Notes: generated by a model from the letters alone, not told the origin. A stretch of 33,238 bases of DNA from a bacterium (GCA_044869275.1 JBIOXB010000021.1:1-33238), one strand, 5' to 3'; positions 17,778 to 26,958 are shown, counted from the first letter of the stretch. Numbers and translations are program-made.

Positions 17778-19652
17778 ATGTATACCGTCAAAAATTTCTG
17801 CACGAAAGTTTTATTGTGTTATGTGACCGCGCAGGTGGCGGCCATGGCGCCCATGCTTCTGCCAAGTCTGCACGCCCAAACGCCGCAACAAAACGCCGAA
17901 CGCTTGCGCCAGGCGCAAAATTTCGAGCGCATGGGCCTGTTCGAGCAGGCGGCTGGCATTTATCGCCCGCTTGCACAGCAGGAGCCGCGCAATGAGATCT
18001 ATTACCAGGGGCTCAAACGCACGCTTGTGCAATTGCGGCGGTACGAGGAGCTGCTCGCGATCATCGACCAGCGCCTTGCGCTCGTGCCGGAAGTCAGCTT
18101 GCGCAGCGATCGCGCGGATATCTTGTACAAGCAGGGAGAGCGTGAAGCGGCATTCAAAACCTGGCAGGATTTATTGCGCCAATATCCGGTGATGGAAGTT
18201 TTTTCCGCCGTGGCGCTGGCGATGGAAGAGAATCAAGCCTTCGATGAGGCCTTGCAAGTGTATCAATCCGCCCGGGAGCAGTTGCAACAACCCGCGCTTT
18301 TTGCTTTAGAGGTTGCCGGGCTGCAGGCGCAGCGCTTGAATTTCGCCGAAGCCACGGCTGAGTACGTGCGCCACATGCAAGCGGATCCACGGCAGTTTCC
18401 GCTGGTGCAGCGCCGCATTTTGGAAATGGCCGAAGAAACGGAAGCCACAGCCAAAATCACCGCCGCGCTGGAGAGTATGCTGCCCGCGGCGCGCGAGCCG
18501 GAGAGCCTTCATCGCCTGCTGGCCTCGCTATTCGTGCAAGAGCAGAATTTTGCACGCGCTTTTCAGGAGTATCAAACGCTGGACCGTTTGACCGCAGCCG
18601 CCGGCAAAATCAGCGCCGGGCACGAGATCTATAATTTTGCCGAAGAGGCGCGCCGGGCCGAGGCGCTCGAATATGCCGAGCAAGCGTATCGCCTCGTGCT
18701 GAGCAGTTCGGAAAAATCACCCTATCTCTTTCCCGCGCTATTCGGTCTCGGCGAAAGCTTTCGCGAGCAGGGCAAGTACCGCGAAGCTCTGGAGGTTTTC
18801 GAGCAGTTGATTCAAAAGAATGGCAACAATCTGCGCAATCCCTGGGCGCAGCGCGCGTTGGCACAACAGGGCGAGATTTATTATGAACACTTGGGCGAGC
18901 TTTCCAGTGCGCTGAATGTCTATCGCCAAATTTTCGACTCGCATCCCGACCCCAATAGCAGCGAAAGAATCGATGCGGTGTTTCGTTTGGGGGATTGTTT
19001 CCTGGCACAAGGCGACGTGCCGCAGGCGCTGCAGTGGTACGAAACCGCGCGCAAGACCGGCAGCCGGCAGCCCCTGATACGGGACAAGGTGAATTATGCT
19101 TTGGCGCGTGCGGATTTTTATTTGGGCCGATTTCGGCCGGCTCTGCAAAAACTGGAGGAAGTGAGCGCTTCGCTGCGCACGCCCTCCGGCAACGAAAGCA
19201 TGGTCAATGACGCCTTGGAATTGCTGCTGTTGATCGAAGGCAATTTTGCGGACAGCGCCGGCGCGCTCTTGTCTTACGCGCGCGCGGAATATTTAACCAT
19301 GCAGCACCAGCGCGCCGCCGCCATTGACACACTGGGGAACTTGTTGAAAAACCATCCGGGCGCGAATCTCGTGCCGCAAGCCTATTTCAGTTTGGGCGGG
19401 CTGTATGCCAAAGACGGCCAGTACGACAAGGCGGCGGCGGCATTCCGCAAGATTTTGGAGCAATACGCCGGCAGCATTGTGGGCGATCGCGCCATGTTCT
19501 CGTTGGCGGAGATTTGCGCCCAAAATCTTCACGATTATCCGCAAGCGCAAAAGTGGTACGAGCAATTGTTGCAGGATTACCCGAACAGCTTGCTGCTGGA
19601 ACAAGCGCGGCGGCAGGCGCGGGCTTTGGGAGAGAAGAATAGGTCGTTGTAA
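17778..19652 (+). CDS. Exported tetratricopeptide repeat protein
   Basis: Signal-peptide-like N-terminus and repeated TPR helices (ALFGLGESFREQGKYREALEVFEQL, AYFSLGGLYAKDGQYDKAAAAF, YEQLLQDYPNS). Confidence 0.88.
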   Translation: MYTVKNFCTKVLLCYVTAQVAAMAPMLLPSLHAQTPQQNAERLRQAQNFERMGLFEQAAGIYRPLAQQEPRNEIYYQGLKRTLVQLRRYEELLAIIDQRLALVPEVSLRSDRADILYKQGEREAAFKTWQDLLRQYPVMEVFSAVALAMEENQAFDEALQVYQSAREQLQQPALFALEVAGLQAQRLNFAEATAEYVRHMQADPRQFPLVQRRILEMAEETEATAKITAALESMLPAAREPESLHRLLASLFVQEQNFARAFQEYQTLDRLTAAAGKISAGHEIYNFAEEARRAEALEYAEQAYRLVLSSSEKSPYLFPALFGLGESFREQGKYREALEVFEQLIQKNGNNLRNPWAQRALAQQGEIYYEHLGELSSALNVYRQIFDSHPDPNSSERIDAVFRLGDCFLAQGDVPQALQWYETARKTGSRQPLIRDKVNYALARADFYLGRFRPALQKLEEVSASLRTPSGNESMVNDALELLLLIEGNFADSAGALLSYARAEYLTMQHQRAAAIDTLGNLLKNHPGANLVPQAYFSLGGLYAKDGQYDKAAAAFRKILEQYAGSIVGDRAMFSLAEICAQNLHDYPQAQKWYEQLLQDYPNSLLLEQARRQARALGEKNRSL

Positions 19653-19701
19653 GAGAGAGGTGCCCATACACGCACTTGCTCTTACTCTCACTCTGGCTCG
19701 C
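19649..19701. repeat. Degenerate hexamer repeats (GCACTT GCTCTT ACTCTC ACTCTG GCTCGC) with a short inverted arm GTAAGAG/CTCTTAC
   Basis: Read directly in the TPR to GATase-like intergenic region. Confidence 0.5.
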
Positions 19702-19736
19702 CTTTAGACTTGCCGACAGCTAAAACGAAAACCCTC

Positions 19737-21002
19737 ATGAAAAAACAAATAGGATTTCTTGTCGCTTGTTGGTGTTGCGTCGCCACGCCGGCGCTCGCGC
19801 AGAAGCTGCTGATCTATATGGATCTCAAGCAAACCGATCATCTCAAAGCGTACGGCGTCGCCTATTGGGCGCTGGAACGCGGCGTGAACACTGAATGGCT
19901 GTTGAATTACCGCGGCGGCTCGTTCATGATGGATTACCTGCCGGAGGTGGAGCGGGAGTGTCGCGTGCGCGGCGTGGCTTTCGATGTTCTCAGCGGCGGA
20001 CAGGCGGCGCAAGTGTACGCCGACATCGAAGGCGGGAATATGGAAGTCACCTTTCTCGAAAAAGCGCCCGCGATCGCGATTTACACCCCGCAGAATAAAC
20101 AAGTTTGGGACGACGCCGTCACTTTGGTTTTGGAATACGCCGAAATTTCTTATACGAAACTGTGGGATGAGGAAGTTCTCGCCGGAGAACTGCAAAAATA
20201 CGATTGGCTGCATTTGCATCACGAGGATTTTTCCGGACAATACGGTCGTTTTTATGCCAATTTTCATTCCGCCCCATGGTATCAGGAAGAAGTGGCTAAG
20301 AATGAAGCGTTGGCCAAGAAATTGGGCTTCGCAAAAGTTGCGGATTTGAAAAAGGCGGTGGCACTCGCGATCAAGGAGTATGCCTTGCGCGGTGGATTCT
20401 TGTTTGCGATGTGCTCTGCCACGGATACCATCGATCTCGCCCTTGCCGCCAGGAACACCGACGTCTGCGCCGCGATTTTTGATTACGATCCGCCCTCGCC
20501 CCATGCGCAAGAGGAGCTGGATTTCTCCGCGACTTTTGCCTTCGAGAATTTTGTCTTGGAGATGAATCCCCTGGTCTATGAGCATTCAGATATCGACTTT
20601 CCACCGAGCAACAGCCCGCGCTTGCGCAGCGCCGACGCTGACTATTTCACGCTCTTTGAGTTCTCGGCAAAGTATGACCCTGTACCCACGATGCTGACGC
20701 AAAATCACGTCGCCATTGTGAAAGGCTTCATGGGACAGACCACGGGTTTCAAGCGTGCAGTGATCAAGAAGTACGTCACTATTCTCGCCGATGTGCCCGG
20801 TACGGAAGAGGTGAAATACATTCACGGCAATGTTGGCCGCGGCACATTCACGTTTTACGGCGGCCACGACCCGGAAGATTACCAGCACATGGTCTATGAT
20901 CCGCCCACGCAATTGTCGCTGCACAAAAACTCGCCGGGATACCGGCTTATCCTGAACAATATTCTATTTCCGGCGGCGAAGAAAAAGAAACGTAAGACTT
21001 GA
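19737..21002 (+). CDS. Conserved exported protein of the FCB-group family often labelled 'asparagine synthetase B'; probably GATase-1-like fold, function unknown
   Basis: Signal peptide (ATPALA/Q), QTDHLKAYG, WLLNYRGGSF, WDDAVTLVL, DWLHLHHEDF, GGFLFAMCSATD, GGHDPEDY, NSPGYRLILNNILFPAAKKK. Confidence 0.75.
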   Translation: MKKQIGFLVACWCCVATPALAQKLLIYMDLKQTDHLKAYGVAYWALERGVNTEWLLNYRGGSFMMDYLPEVERECRVRGVAFDVLSGGQAAQVYADIEGGNMEVTFLEKAPAIAIYTPQNKQVWDDAVTLVLEYAEISYTKLWDEEVLAGELQKYDWLHLHHEDFSGQYGRFYANFHSAPWYQEEVAKNEALAKKLGFAKVADLKKAVALAIKEYALRGGFLFAMCSATDTIDLALAARNTDVCAAIFDYDPPSPHAQEELDFSATFAFENFVLEMNPLVYEHSDIDFPPSNSPRLRSADADYFTLFEFSAKYDPVPTMLTQNHVAIVKGFMGQTTGFKRAVIKKYVTILADVPGTEEVKYIHGNVGRGTFTFYGGHDPEDYQHMVYDPPTQLSLHKNSPGYRLILNNILFPAAKKKKRKT

Positions 21003-21007
21003 GGCGA

Positions 21008-21071
21008 TAGACGTAAGACGTGAGATGTGAGACAGGTGAGATGGCTTTGTGGAAACATGTGAGGTTACGAG
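21008..21071. repeat. Degenerate heptamer repeats (AGACGTA AGACGTG AGATGTG AGACAGG...)
   Basis: 7-nt periodicity directly after the stop at 21002. Confidence 0.6.
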
Positions 21072-21113
21072 TTTTAGGGAAGCTTGCTTTGCATAGGCAT
21101 AGTATTCACTGTC

Positions 21114-22142
21114 ATGAGCGTGGGTAAGATTACAACTATAGCCATTACCATTGGTGATATTAACGGCATCGGCCCGGAAGTGGTTTTGAAGGCCCTGCGC
21201 ATTTGGCAACCGCCGGAAAATCTTCGCGTGGCGGTGATCGCACCGGAAAGCGCGTGGCATTTTTGGCAAAAACATCTCCGGCTCGACTTCCCGCTTCCGC
21301 GCGTCGCGTCATTATCTGAATGGCCGAAGCAAGCGCAGATTGTTTTATGCGATGCCTGGCAAGAGCCCTTTCCCGTCGAAATCGGAAACTGGTCCGCCCT
21401 GTCGGGCAGGGTCGCGGGTGAGGCATTGCTTTGCGCCATGCGCTGGGCAAAGGAGGGATTGATTCATGCCCTCGCCACCGCGCCGGTTTCGAAAGCGGGG
21501 TTGCATGCCGCTGGTTTTCATTATCCCGGCCAAACGGAATTCATTGCCGGACAGTTGGGCGTGAAAGCATTTGCCATGATGATGCTGGCCGGCGGGTTTC
21601 GCGTGGCTCTGGCCACCACCCACCTGCCCCTGCGGCAAGTCGCGGAAGCCCTGCACCGCGAAAAGCTTGTTGAAACTTTGAGGGTGGTGCACGGCGAATT
21701 GCAAACGCGCTTTCGCATCTCTCACCCTCGAATTGCGGTGACGGGGCTGAATCCTCACGCCGGCGAAGGCGGCTTGTTTGGCGAGGAGGAAAGTGTTATC
21801 ATTGCACCGGCGATCGCGCGCGCACGGGCCGAGGGTATTGACGCGGCCGGGCCTTTTTCGGCTGATGCGCTGTTCGGCAAATTTGCACAAAAGCAACGCC
21901 TCCAGACGCCGGAAGCCGAGGAGACCGATGCCTTTTTTGTCATGTACCACGACCAGGGGTTGATCCCGCTCAAAATGATGGGATTTGGCCGGGCCGTGAA
22001 CTACACCGCCGGTTTGCCGCTGATACGCACCTCGCCGGATCACGGCACCGCTTATGATATCGCCGGCAAATCCGTGGCACAACCCACCAGCATGATCGAG
22101 GCGCTCGAACTTGCAGTTTCGCTTCTCGCAAAAAACAGATGA
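21114..22142 (+). CDS. pdxA: 4-hydroxythreonine-4-phosphate dehydrogenase PdxA
   Basis: IAITIGDINGIGPEV, TAPVSK, TTHLPL, GLNPHAGEGG, GPFSADALF, MYHDQGLIPLK, RTSPDHGTAYDIAGK. Confidence 0.95.
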   Translation: MSVGKITTIAITIGDINGIGPEVVLKALRIWQPPENLRVAVIAPESAWHFWQKHLRLDFPLPRVASLSEWPKQAQIVLCDAWQEPFPVEIGNWSALSGRVAGEALLCAMRWAKEGLIHALATAPVSKAGLHAAGFHYPGQTEFIAGQLGVKAFAMMMLAGGFRVALATTHLPLRQVAEALHREKLVETLRVVHGELQTRFRISHPRIAVTGLNPHAGEGGLFGEEESVIIAPAIARARAEGIDAAGPFSADALFGKFAQKQRLQTPEAEETDAFFVMYHDQGLIPLKMMGFGRAVNYTAGLPLIRTSPDHGTAYDIAGKSVAQPTSMIEALELAVSLLAKNR

Positions 22143-22914
22143 AGTGCCCCCGTACAGCCTGGTGGCGCAGTTTTATGATCACTTGATGCGCCACGTGAAT
22201 TATGCGCGCTGGGCGAATTACGTGATTGATCTTTTCGATCTGGCGATTCTGCGCGGCGGCCCGGCCTCGCCAGACGCCAGGCCGCGGAAGGTTCAAACGG
22301 TTTTGGAGCTGGCCTGTGGCACCGGCAAGCTGCTGCTGGAATTGTCCCGTGCGGGCTTTAGGATGTATGCGCTGGATCGCTCCGCGGCCATGGCGCAATG
22401 CGCGGCAACGCGAAGCCACGCCACGGGTGCGCAGATCTGGTGCGGCGACATGCGCGATCTCGCCTGCAAGGCGCAATTCGATGCCGTGATATGTTTGTAC
22501 GACAGCATGAACTATTGCCGCACGCCGGACGAGGTGGCGGGCGTGTTCGCGCGCGTGGCTGAGGTGCTGGCTCCGGGCGGCGTGTTTATTTTCGATGTGT
22601 GCACGCGTTGGAATTGCTGGCGAAATTTTCGCAACTATACGGATCAAGATGGCTTCGATGGCGTGAGGTATCATCGCCATTCGTATTTTAGGGCTATCGG
22701 CAGCTGGCAATACAACGAGTTTTTGATCGAAAGCGAGAGTGATCCCGGCCGGGCCTTTTGCGAACGGCACGTGCAGCGCATTTATTCGTTGCAAGAGATT
22801 CGCAAAATTGCGGCCTCCGGGCCGTGGGAGGAGGCGGGTTGTTTTAAAGACATGTCGCGCCGACCGGGCGGCGAACGCGCCGAGCGCGTGCATTTCGTTT
22901 TTCGAAAACCGTAG
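22111..22914 (+). CDS. Class I SAM-dependent methyltransferase
   Basis: YDHLM, VLELACGTG, GDMRDL, CLYDSMNY, LAPGGVFIFD. The true start may be GTG 22144. Confidence 0.88.
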   Translation: MQFRFSQKTDEVPPYSLVAQFYDHLMRHVNYARWANYVIDLFDLAILRGGPASPDARPRKVQTVLELACGTGKLLLELSRAGFRMYALDRSAAMAQCAATRSHATGAQIWCGDMRDLACKAQFDAVICLYDSMNYCRTPDEVAGVFARVAEVLAPGGVFIFDVCTRWNCWRNFRNYTDQDGFDGVRYHRHSYFRAIGSWQYNEFLIESESDPGRAFCERHVQRIYSLQEIRKIAASGPWEEAGCFKDMSRRPGGERAERVHFVFRKP

Positions 22915-22920
22915 GTCGAG

Positions 22921-23577
22921 ATGAACCTCATTCGATTGTCGAATGTCTCCGTAAAATACTCCGGCGGCGACGGCCTGAAGAGCGTGAATTTGCTCGTACG
23001 CAAGAGCGAGTTCGTTTTTTTGGTCGGGCCGACCGGCGCGGGCAAGAGCACGGTGTTGAAGCTGATTCACATGGCCGAGAGACCGAGCACGGGCACCGTG
23101 GTGGTTGGCCGCTTCAATTCGGACAGCATCACACCGAAGCAAGTTCCCTTGTTGCGGCGGCAGTTGGGGGTTGTGTTTCAGGATTTCAAACTGTTGGAAG
23201 ATCGCTGCGTCTATGACAATGTGGCTTTTGCCATGATTGTGACCGGTGCGAAACCGCGCGAGATCAAAAAGAAAGTGTTGCGTGTGCTGGCGCAAGTGGG
23301 CTTGAGCCACAAGCGCTACAAAATGCCGCACGAACTTTCCGGCGGCGAGCAGCAACGCGTGGCGATCGCGCGCGCGTTAGTGAATGGCCCGTTCATTCTG
23401 CTGGCGGACGAGCCGACGGGCAATTTGGATCCGGCGACGGCCGCGGGCATCATGGAATTGCTCGACAAAATCAACACGCGCGGCACGGCGGTGTTGATGG
23501 CCACGCACAATTTTAATCTCGTGGAAAATGCCGGCCGGCGCGTGGTAAAAATCGACGGAGGAGTCACGCTGAATTGA
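22921..23577 (+). CDS. ftsE: Cell division ATP-binding protein FtsE
   Basis: GPTGAGKST, LRRQLGVVFQDFKLL, LSGGEQQRVAIARA, LLADEPTGNLD, MATH; upstream of ftsX. Confidence 0.93.
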   Translation: MNLIRLSNVSVKYSGGDGLKSVNLLVRKSEFVFLVGPTGAGKSTVLKLIHMAERPSTGTVVVGRFNSDSITPKQVPLLRRQLGVVFQDFKLLEDRCVYDNVAFAMIVTGAKPREIKKKVLRVLAQVGLSHKRYKMPHELSGGEQQRVAIARALVNGPFILLADEPTGNLDPATAAGIMELLDKINTRGTAVLMATHNFNLVENAGRRVVKIDGGVTLN

Positions 23578-24425
23578 TCTTGCGCTACGCGATTAAAGAA
23601 GGCTTCGACGGTCTGCGGCGCGCCAAGATGGCCGCATTGATTGCCGTCTTGACCATGGCCGGTGCTCTGATCGTCACGGGCGTTTTTCTGCTGGTGACGA
23701 TCAATCTCGCCGGCATCGTCGATACGCTGCGCAGCCGCATTGAACTGGAAGTATTTGTCGACAATGCCCGCGACGAACCCGCGATTCAGAGCTTGCGCAA
23801 GCAAATCGAAAAAATTACGGGCGTGGCCGCGGTGCGCTACGTTTCCCGTGAAGAGGCCGTGGAAGTTTTCCGCCGGGAATTTGGCAAGGGCTTCATCGAG
23901 CTCTTGCAATCCAATCCCCTGCCGCCGTCTTTCCGCTTGACTTTGCAGAAGCCATATCAATACGGCGACGCGGCGCAGCGTATTGCGACGCAAATTCACT
24001 TGCTCAACGGCATCGACGAAGTGGTCTATCGCCAGGATTTTTTGCGCGTGCTCGACCGTTATGTCAGTTTTGCGGTGGCCGTGGATTTTTTGATTGGCCT
24101 CGTGGTTTTTCTCGGCGTCATTTTTGTCGTGGTCAACCACGTGCGCCTGGTGGCATTTGCCAAGCGCCGCATTCTCGAGACCATGCAGCTCGTGGGCGCG
24201 ACGCGCACGTTCGTGCGCACGCCGTTTTTGCTGCAGGGATTTTTGCACGGCCTCTTCGGTGCAGCCCTGGCAGGCGTGTTTTTCTATTTTACAGAGAAGT
24301 TTTTGCTGGCGTATTATCGCGACCTGTTTTTTGTTCCACAAATGTTTTACGCGGGGCTGTTCGGTCTGGGCGTTTTTCTGGGGTTGCTGGCGGCATATAT
24401 CGGCGTGCGGCGGTTTGTGGGATAA
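23574..24425 (+). CDS. ftsX: Cell division permease-like protein FtsX
   Basis: TM1, periplasmic domain (YVSREEA, NPLPPSF), MQLVGATRTFVRTPFLLQG, three further TM segments. TTG start overlaps the ftsE stop. Confidence 0.92.
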   Translation: MILRYAIKEGFDGLRRAKMAALIAVLTMAGALIVTGVFLLVTINLAGIVDTLRSRIELEVFVDNARDEPAIQSLRKQIEKITGVAAVRYVSREEAVEVFRREFGKGFIELLQSNPLPPSFRLTLQKPYQYGDAAQRIATQIHLLNGIDEVVYRQDFLRVLDRYVSFAVAVDFLIGLVVFLGVIFVVVNHVRLVAFAKRRILETMQLVGATRTFVRTPFLLQGFLHGLFGAALAGVFFYFTEKFLLAYYRDLFFVPQMFYAGLFGLGVFLGLLAAYIGVRRFVG

Positions 24426-24457
24426 GGTTGCACTAATTTATTTGATGAGGTGAAGGT

Positions 24458-24664
24458 ATGCGACAAGTCATTGTTTATCCCGGCGAGGACGGCTATTGGG
24501 TCGCTGATTGCCCCAGCCTTCCCGGCTGTATAAGCCAGGGGTTAACGCGAGAAGCAGCTTTACTGAATATCAAAGAAGCAATTCGAGGGTATATCGCGGC
24601 TCTTGAGGAAGATAATCTACCTATTCCGGAAGAAAACTTTGAAGCTCTATTGGTTGCCGTATGA
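24458..24664 (+). CDS. hicB: HicB-family antitoxin (short, no DNA-binding domain)
   Basis: EDGYWVADCPSLPGCISQGLTREAALLNIKEAI...PIP. Confidence 0.92.
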   Translation: MRQVIVYPGEDGYWVADCPSLPGCISQGLTREAALLNIKEAIRGYIAALEEDNLPIPEENFEALLVAV

Positions 24665-24882
24665 GCAAGCTACCACGAGTTTCCGGGCGTGAATGTGTTA
24701 AGGCTCTTGAGAAAGCCGGTTTCCATTTGAAGCGCCAGGAAGGAAGTCACATGATCCTTCGCCGGGATGATCCATTCGCTCAACTCGTTGTCCCGGATCA
24801 CAAAGAGTTGGATCGAGGAACCTTGCGGGCTATTATTCGCCAAGGAGGTTTGAGTGTGAACGAGTTTGTGAATTTGCTATGA
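24661..24882 (+). CDS. hicA: HicA-family toxin (mRNA interferase)
   Basis: LPRVSGRECVKALEKAGF..RQEGSHMIL...VPDHKELDRGTLRAIIRQ. ATGA overlap with hicB. Confidence 0.93.
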   Translation: MSKLPRVSGRECVKALEKAGFHLKRQEGSHMILRRDDPFAQLVVPDHKELDRGTLRAIIRQGGLSVNEFVNLL

Positions 24883-24924
24883 TATTTTCACAAAAGAGCA
24901 AGCGACCTGCGTGAGGAGTGAAGC

Positions 24925-26316
24925 ATGGATTATCGTATTGAAACCGACAGCATGGGTGAAATCCAAGTGCCGAACGACCGGTATTACGGCGCCCAAACCG
25001 CGCGTTCGTTGATTCACTTCAGAATCGGCAGCGAGCGCATGCCGCGCGAATTGATTTGGGCATTTGGTATTCTGAAAAGAGCCGCGGCCTTGGTCAACAA
25101 AGAATTAGGGCTGCTTTCTGCTGAAAAAGCGGATTTGATCGTGAAGGCTGCCGATGAAGTGATTGCCGGAAAGCTGGACGATCATTTTCCGCTGGTGATT
25201 TGGCAAACCGGCAGCGGCACGCAAACGAATATGAATGCCAACGAAGTCATTTCCAACCGCGCCATCGAAATGACCGGCGGCAAAATGGGCAGCAAGAAAC
25301 CCATCCATCCCAATGACGACGTCAACAAGGCGCAATCTTCGAACGACACTTTTCCCGCGGCGATGCACATAGCTGCGGTGCATGAAATCCATCGCCGCCT
25401 GGTGCCGATGGTGAAACATTTGCGCGACACGCTGGCGCAAAAGGCCGAGGCGTTCAAGCACCTCATCAAAATCGGCCGCACCCATTTGATGGACGCCGTG
25501 CCGCTGACGCTGGGTCAGGAATTCTCCGGCTATGTCGCACAGCTCGATCACGATTTGAAGCGCCTGCTCATGGTGTTGCAGGATCTTTACGAATTGGCGC
25601 TTGGCGGCACGGCGGTGGGTACCGGGCTCAATACACATCCCCAATTCGCCGTGAAAGCCGCGGCCCAGATTGCGGAATTGACCGGCTATCCCTTTGTCAC
25701 CGCCGAAAACAAATTCGCGGCTTTGGCTGCCCACGATGCCATGGTGATGGCGAGCGGTGCGCTCAAAACGCTGGCATGCTCCTTGATGAAAATCGCCAAT
25801 GACACGCGCTGGCTGGCTTCCGGCCCGCGCGCCGGCCTGGGTGAGCTCTCGATTCCGGAAAATGAGCCGGGCAGCAGCATCATGCCGGGCAAGGTCAATC
25901 CCACGCAGTCCGAGGCTATGACCATGGTCGCGGCGCAAGTGATGGGGAACGACGTTACCATCGGTATCGGCGGCGCCTCCGGCAATTTTGAATTGAACGT
26001 GTTCAAACCGGTGATCATTCACAATCTGCTGCAATCCATTCGTTTGCTCGCGGATGCGTGTGAGTCCTTTAACGAGCATTGCGCGGTGGGGATCGAGCCC
26101 AATCAGCGCAATATTCAAAAACACGTTGAAAATTCTTTGATGCTGGTGACGGCGTTGAATCCGCACATCGGCTACGACAACGCCGCGAAGATCGCGAAGA
26201 AGGCACACAAAGAAAATCTCACCTTGCGCGAAGCCGCCATTCAGCTCGGCATCTTGACCGGTGAAAAATTCGATCAACTCGTGCGCCCGGAGAGGATGAT
26301 CGGGCCGGAGGGGTGA
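24925..26316 (+). CDS. fumC: Class II fumarate hydratase FumC
   Basis: [35 protein letters not shown], signature [25 protein letters not shown]. Confidence 0.98.
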   Translation: MDYRIETDSMGEIQVPNDRYYGAQTARSLIHFRIGSERMPRELIWAFGILKRAAALVNKELGLLSAEKADLIVKAADEVIAGKLDDHFPLVIWQTGSGTQTNMNANEVISNRAIEMTGGKMGSKKPIHPNDDVNKAQSSNDTFPAAMHIAAVHEIHRRLVPMVKHLRDTLAQKAEAFKHLIKIGRTHLMDAVPLTLGQEFSGYVAQLDHDLKRLLMVLQDLYELALGGTAVGTGLNTHPQFAVKAAAQIAELTGYPFVTAENKFAALAAHDAMVMASGALKTLACSLMKIANDTRWLASGPRAGLGELSIPENEPGSSIMPGKVNPTQSEAMTMVAAQVMGNDVTIGIGGASGNFELNVFKPVIIHNLLQSIRLLADACESFNEHCAVGIEPNQRNIQKHVENSLMLVTALNPHIGYDNAAKIAKKAHKENLTLREAAIQLGILTGEKFDQLVRPERMIGPEG

Positions 26317-26317
26317 T

Positions 26318-26382
26318 GGGGGAGAGGGAGACTGGGAGAGTGGGAGACGGGGAGAGTGGGAGACGGGGAGAGTGGGAGACGG
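26318..26382 (+). repeat. G-rich tandem repeat: three perfect copies of GGGAGAGTGGGAGACG (26334-26381) plus degenerate octamers upstream
   Basis: Direct reading. Confidence 0.9.
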
Positions 26383-26408
26383 TTTTCAGTTAATTTGGCA
26401 AATGAATT

Positions 26409-26828
26409 ATGGCAGACGAGTTTTACCAGGAGGGCTTGCGTTTCGCATGCCAGCCGAATTGCGGCGCGTGCTGCAGCCAGGCGGGCGAGGTCTGGGTCAG
26501 CGGTCCGGAAATCCACCGGCTCGCGACGTTTTTGCGACTGCCGCAGCCGCAATTTCGCAAGCGCTATTTGCGCAAAATACATGGCAAACATGCCTTGATC
26601 GACAACGCCCACGGCGGCTGCATTTTTCTCAGCCCGGATTTGAAATGCACCGTTTACGAAGCGCGTCCCGACCAATGCCGCACCTATCCGTTCTGGCCGC
26701 AGATTTTGCGCGATAAAACCTCGTGGGAATGGGAAAGCTTGAAGTGCCCCGGCATCGGTAAGGGCGAGATCATTCCGCTCATACAAATCAAAAAACTCAA
26801 GGAAGTATTGGAAAGAGAAATCGTCTGA
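26409..26828 (+). CDS. YkgJ family cysteine-cluster (CxxCxxCC-type) protein
   Basis: FACQPNCGACC, CIFL, CTVYEARPDQCRTYPFWP, CPGIG. Confidence 0.9.
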   Translation: MADEFYQEGLRFACQPNCGACCSQAGEVWVSGPEIHRLATFLRLPQPQFRKRYLRKIHGKHALIDNAHGGCIFLSPDLKCTVYEARPDQCRTYPFWPQILRDKTSWEWESLKCPGIGKGEIIPLIQIKKLKEVLEREIV

Positions 26829-26847
26829 CTGACTTGACAATAGTGGC

Positions 26848-26952
26848 TTAGCTTGACAATGTTAAGTTAGTCCTCAAAGCCCCCGTTCTCTGTCATGCTG
26901 TAAGCATGACAGATTGAGAGAGCGCGAATTTAAGCTAACATTGTCAAGTTAA
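26848..26952. mobile_element. MITE-like inverted-repeat element between convergent genes; may also act as a terminator
   Basis: 17-bp inverted repeats with 1 mismatch: TTAGCTTGACAATGTTA (26848-26864) and TAACATTGTCAAGTTAA (26936-26952). Central perfect hairpin TCTGTCATGCT-GTA-AGCATGACAGA (26889-26913). Confidence 0.55.
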
Positions 26953-26958
26953 AGCAAT

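Noticed and set aside
19737..21002. True asparagine synthetase B (asnB)
   Set aside because: Has a signal peptide and lacks the N-terminal Cys Ntn domain and the SGGLDS PP-loop.
8478..26277. Long antisense ORFs (8478-9521, 10922-12007, 21970-23355, 23316-24341, 25105-26277 and others)
   Set aside because: Shadow frames opposite well-supported genes in GC-rich coding DNA, with no recognisable motifs.
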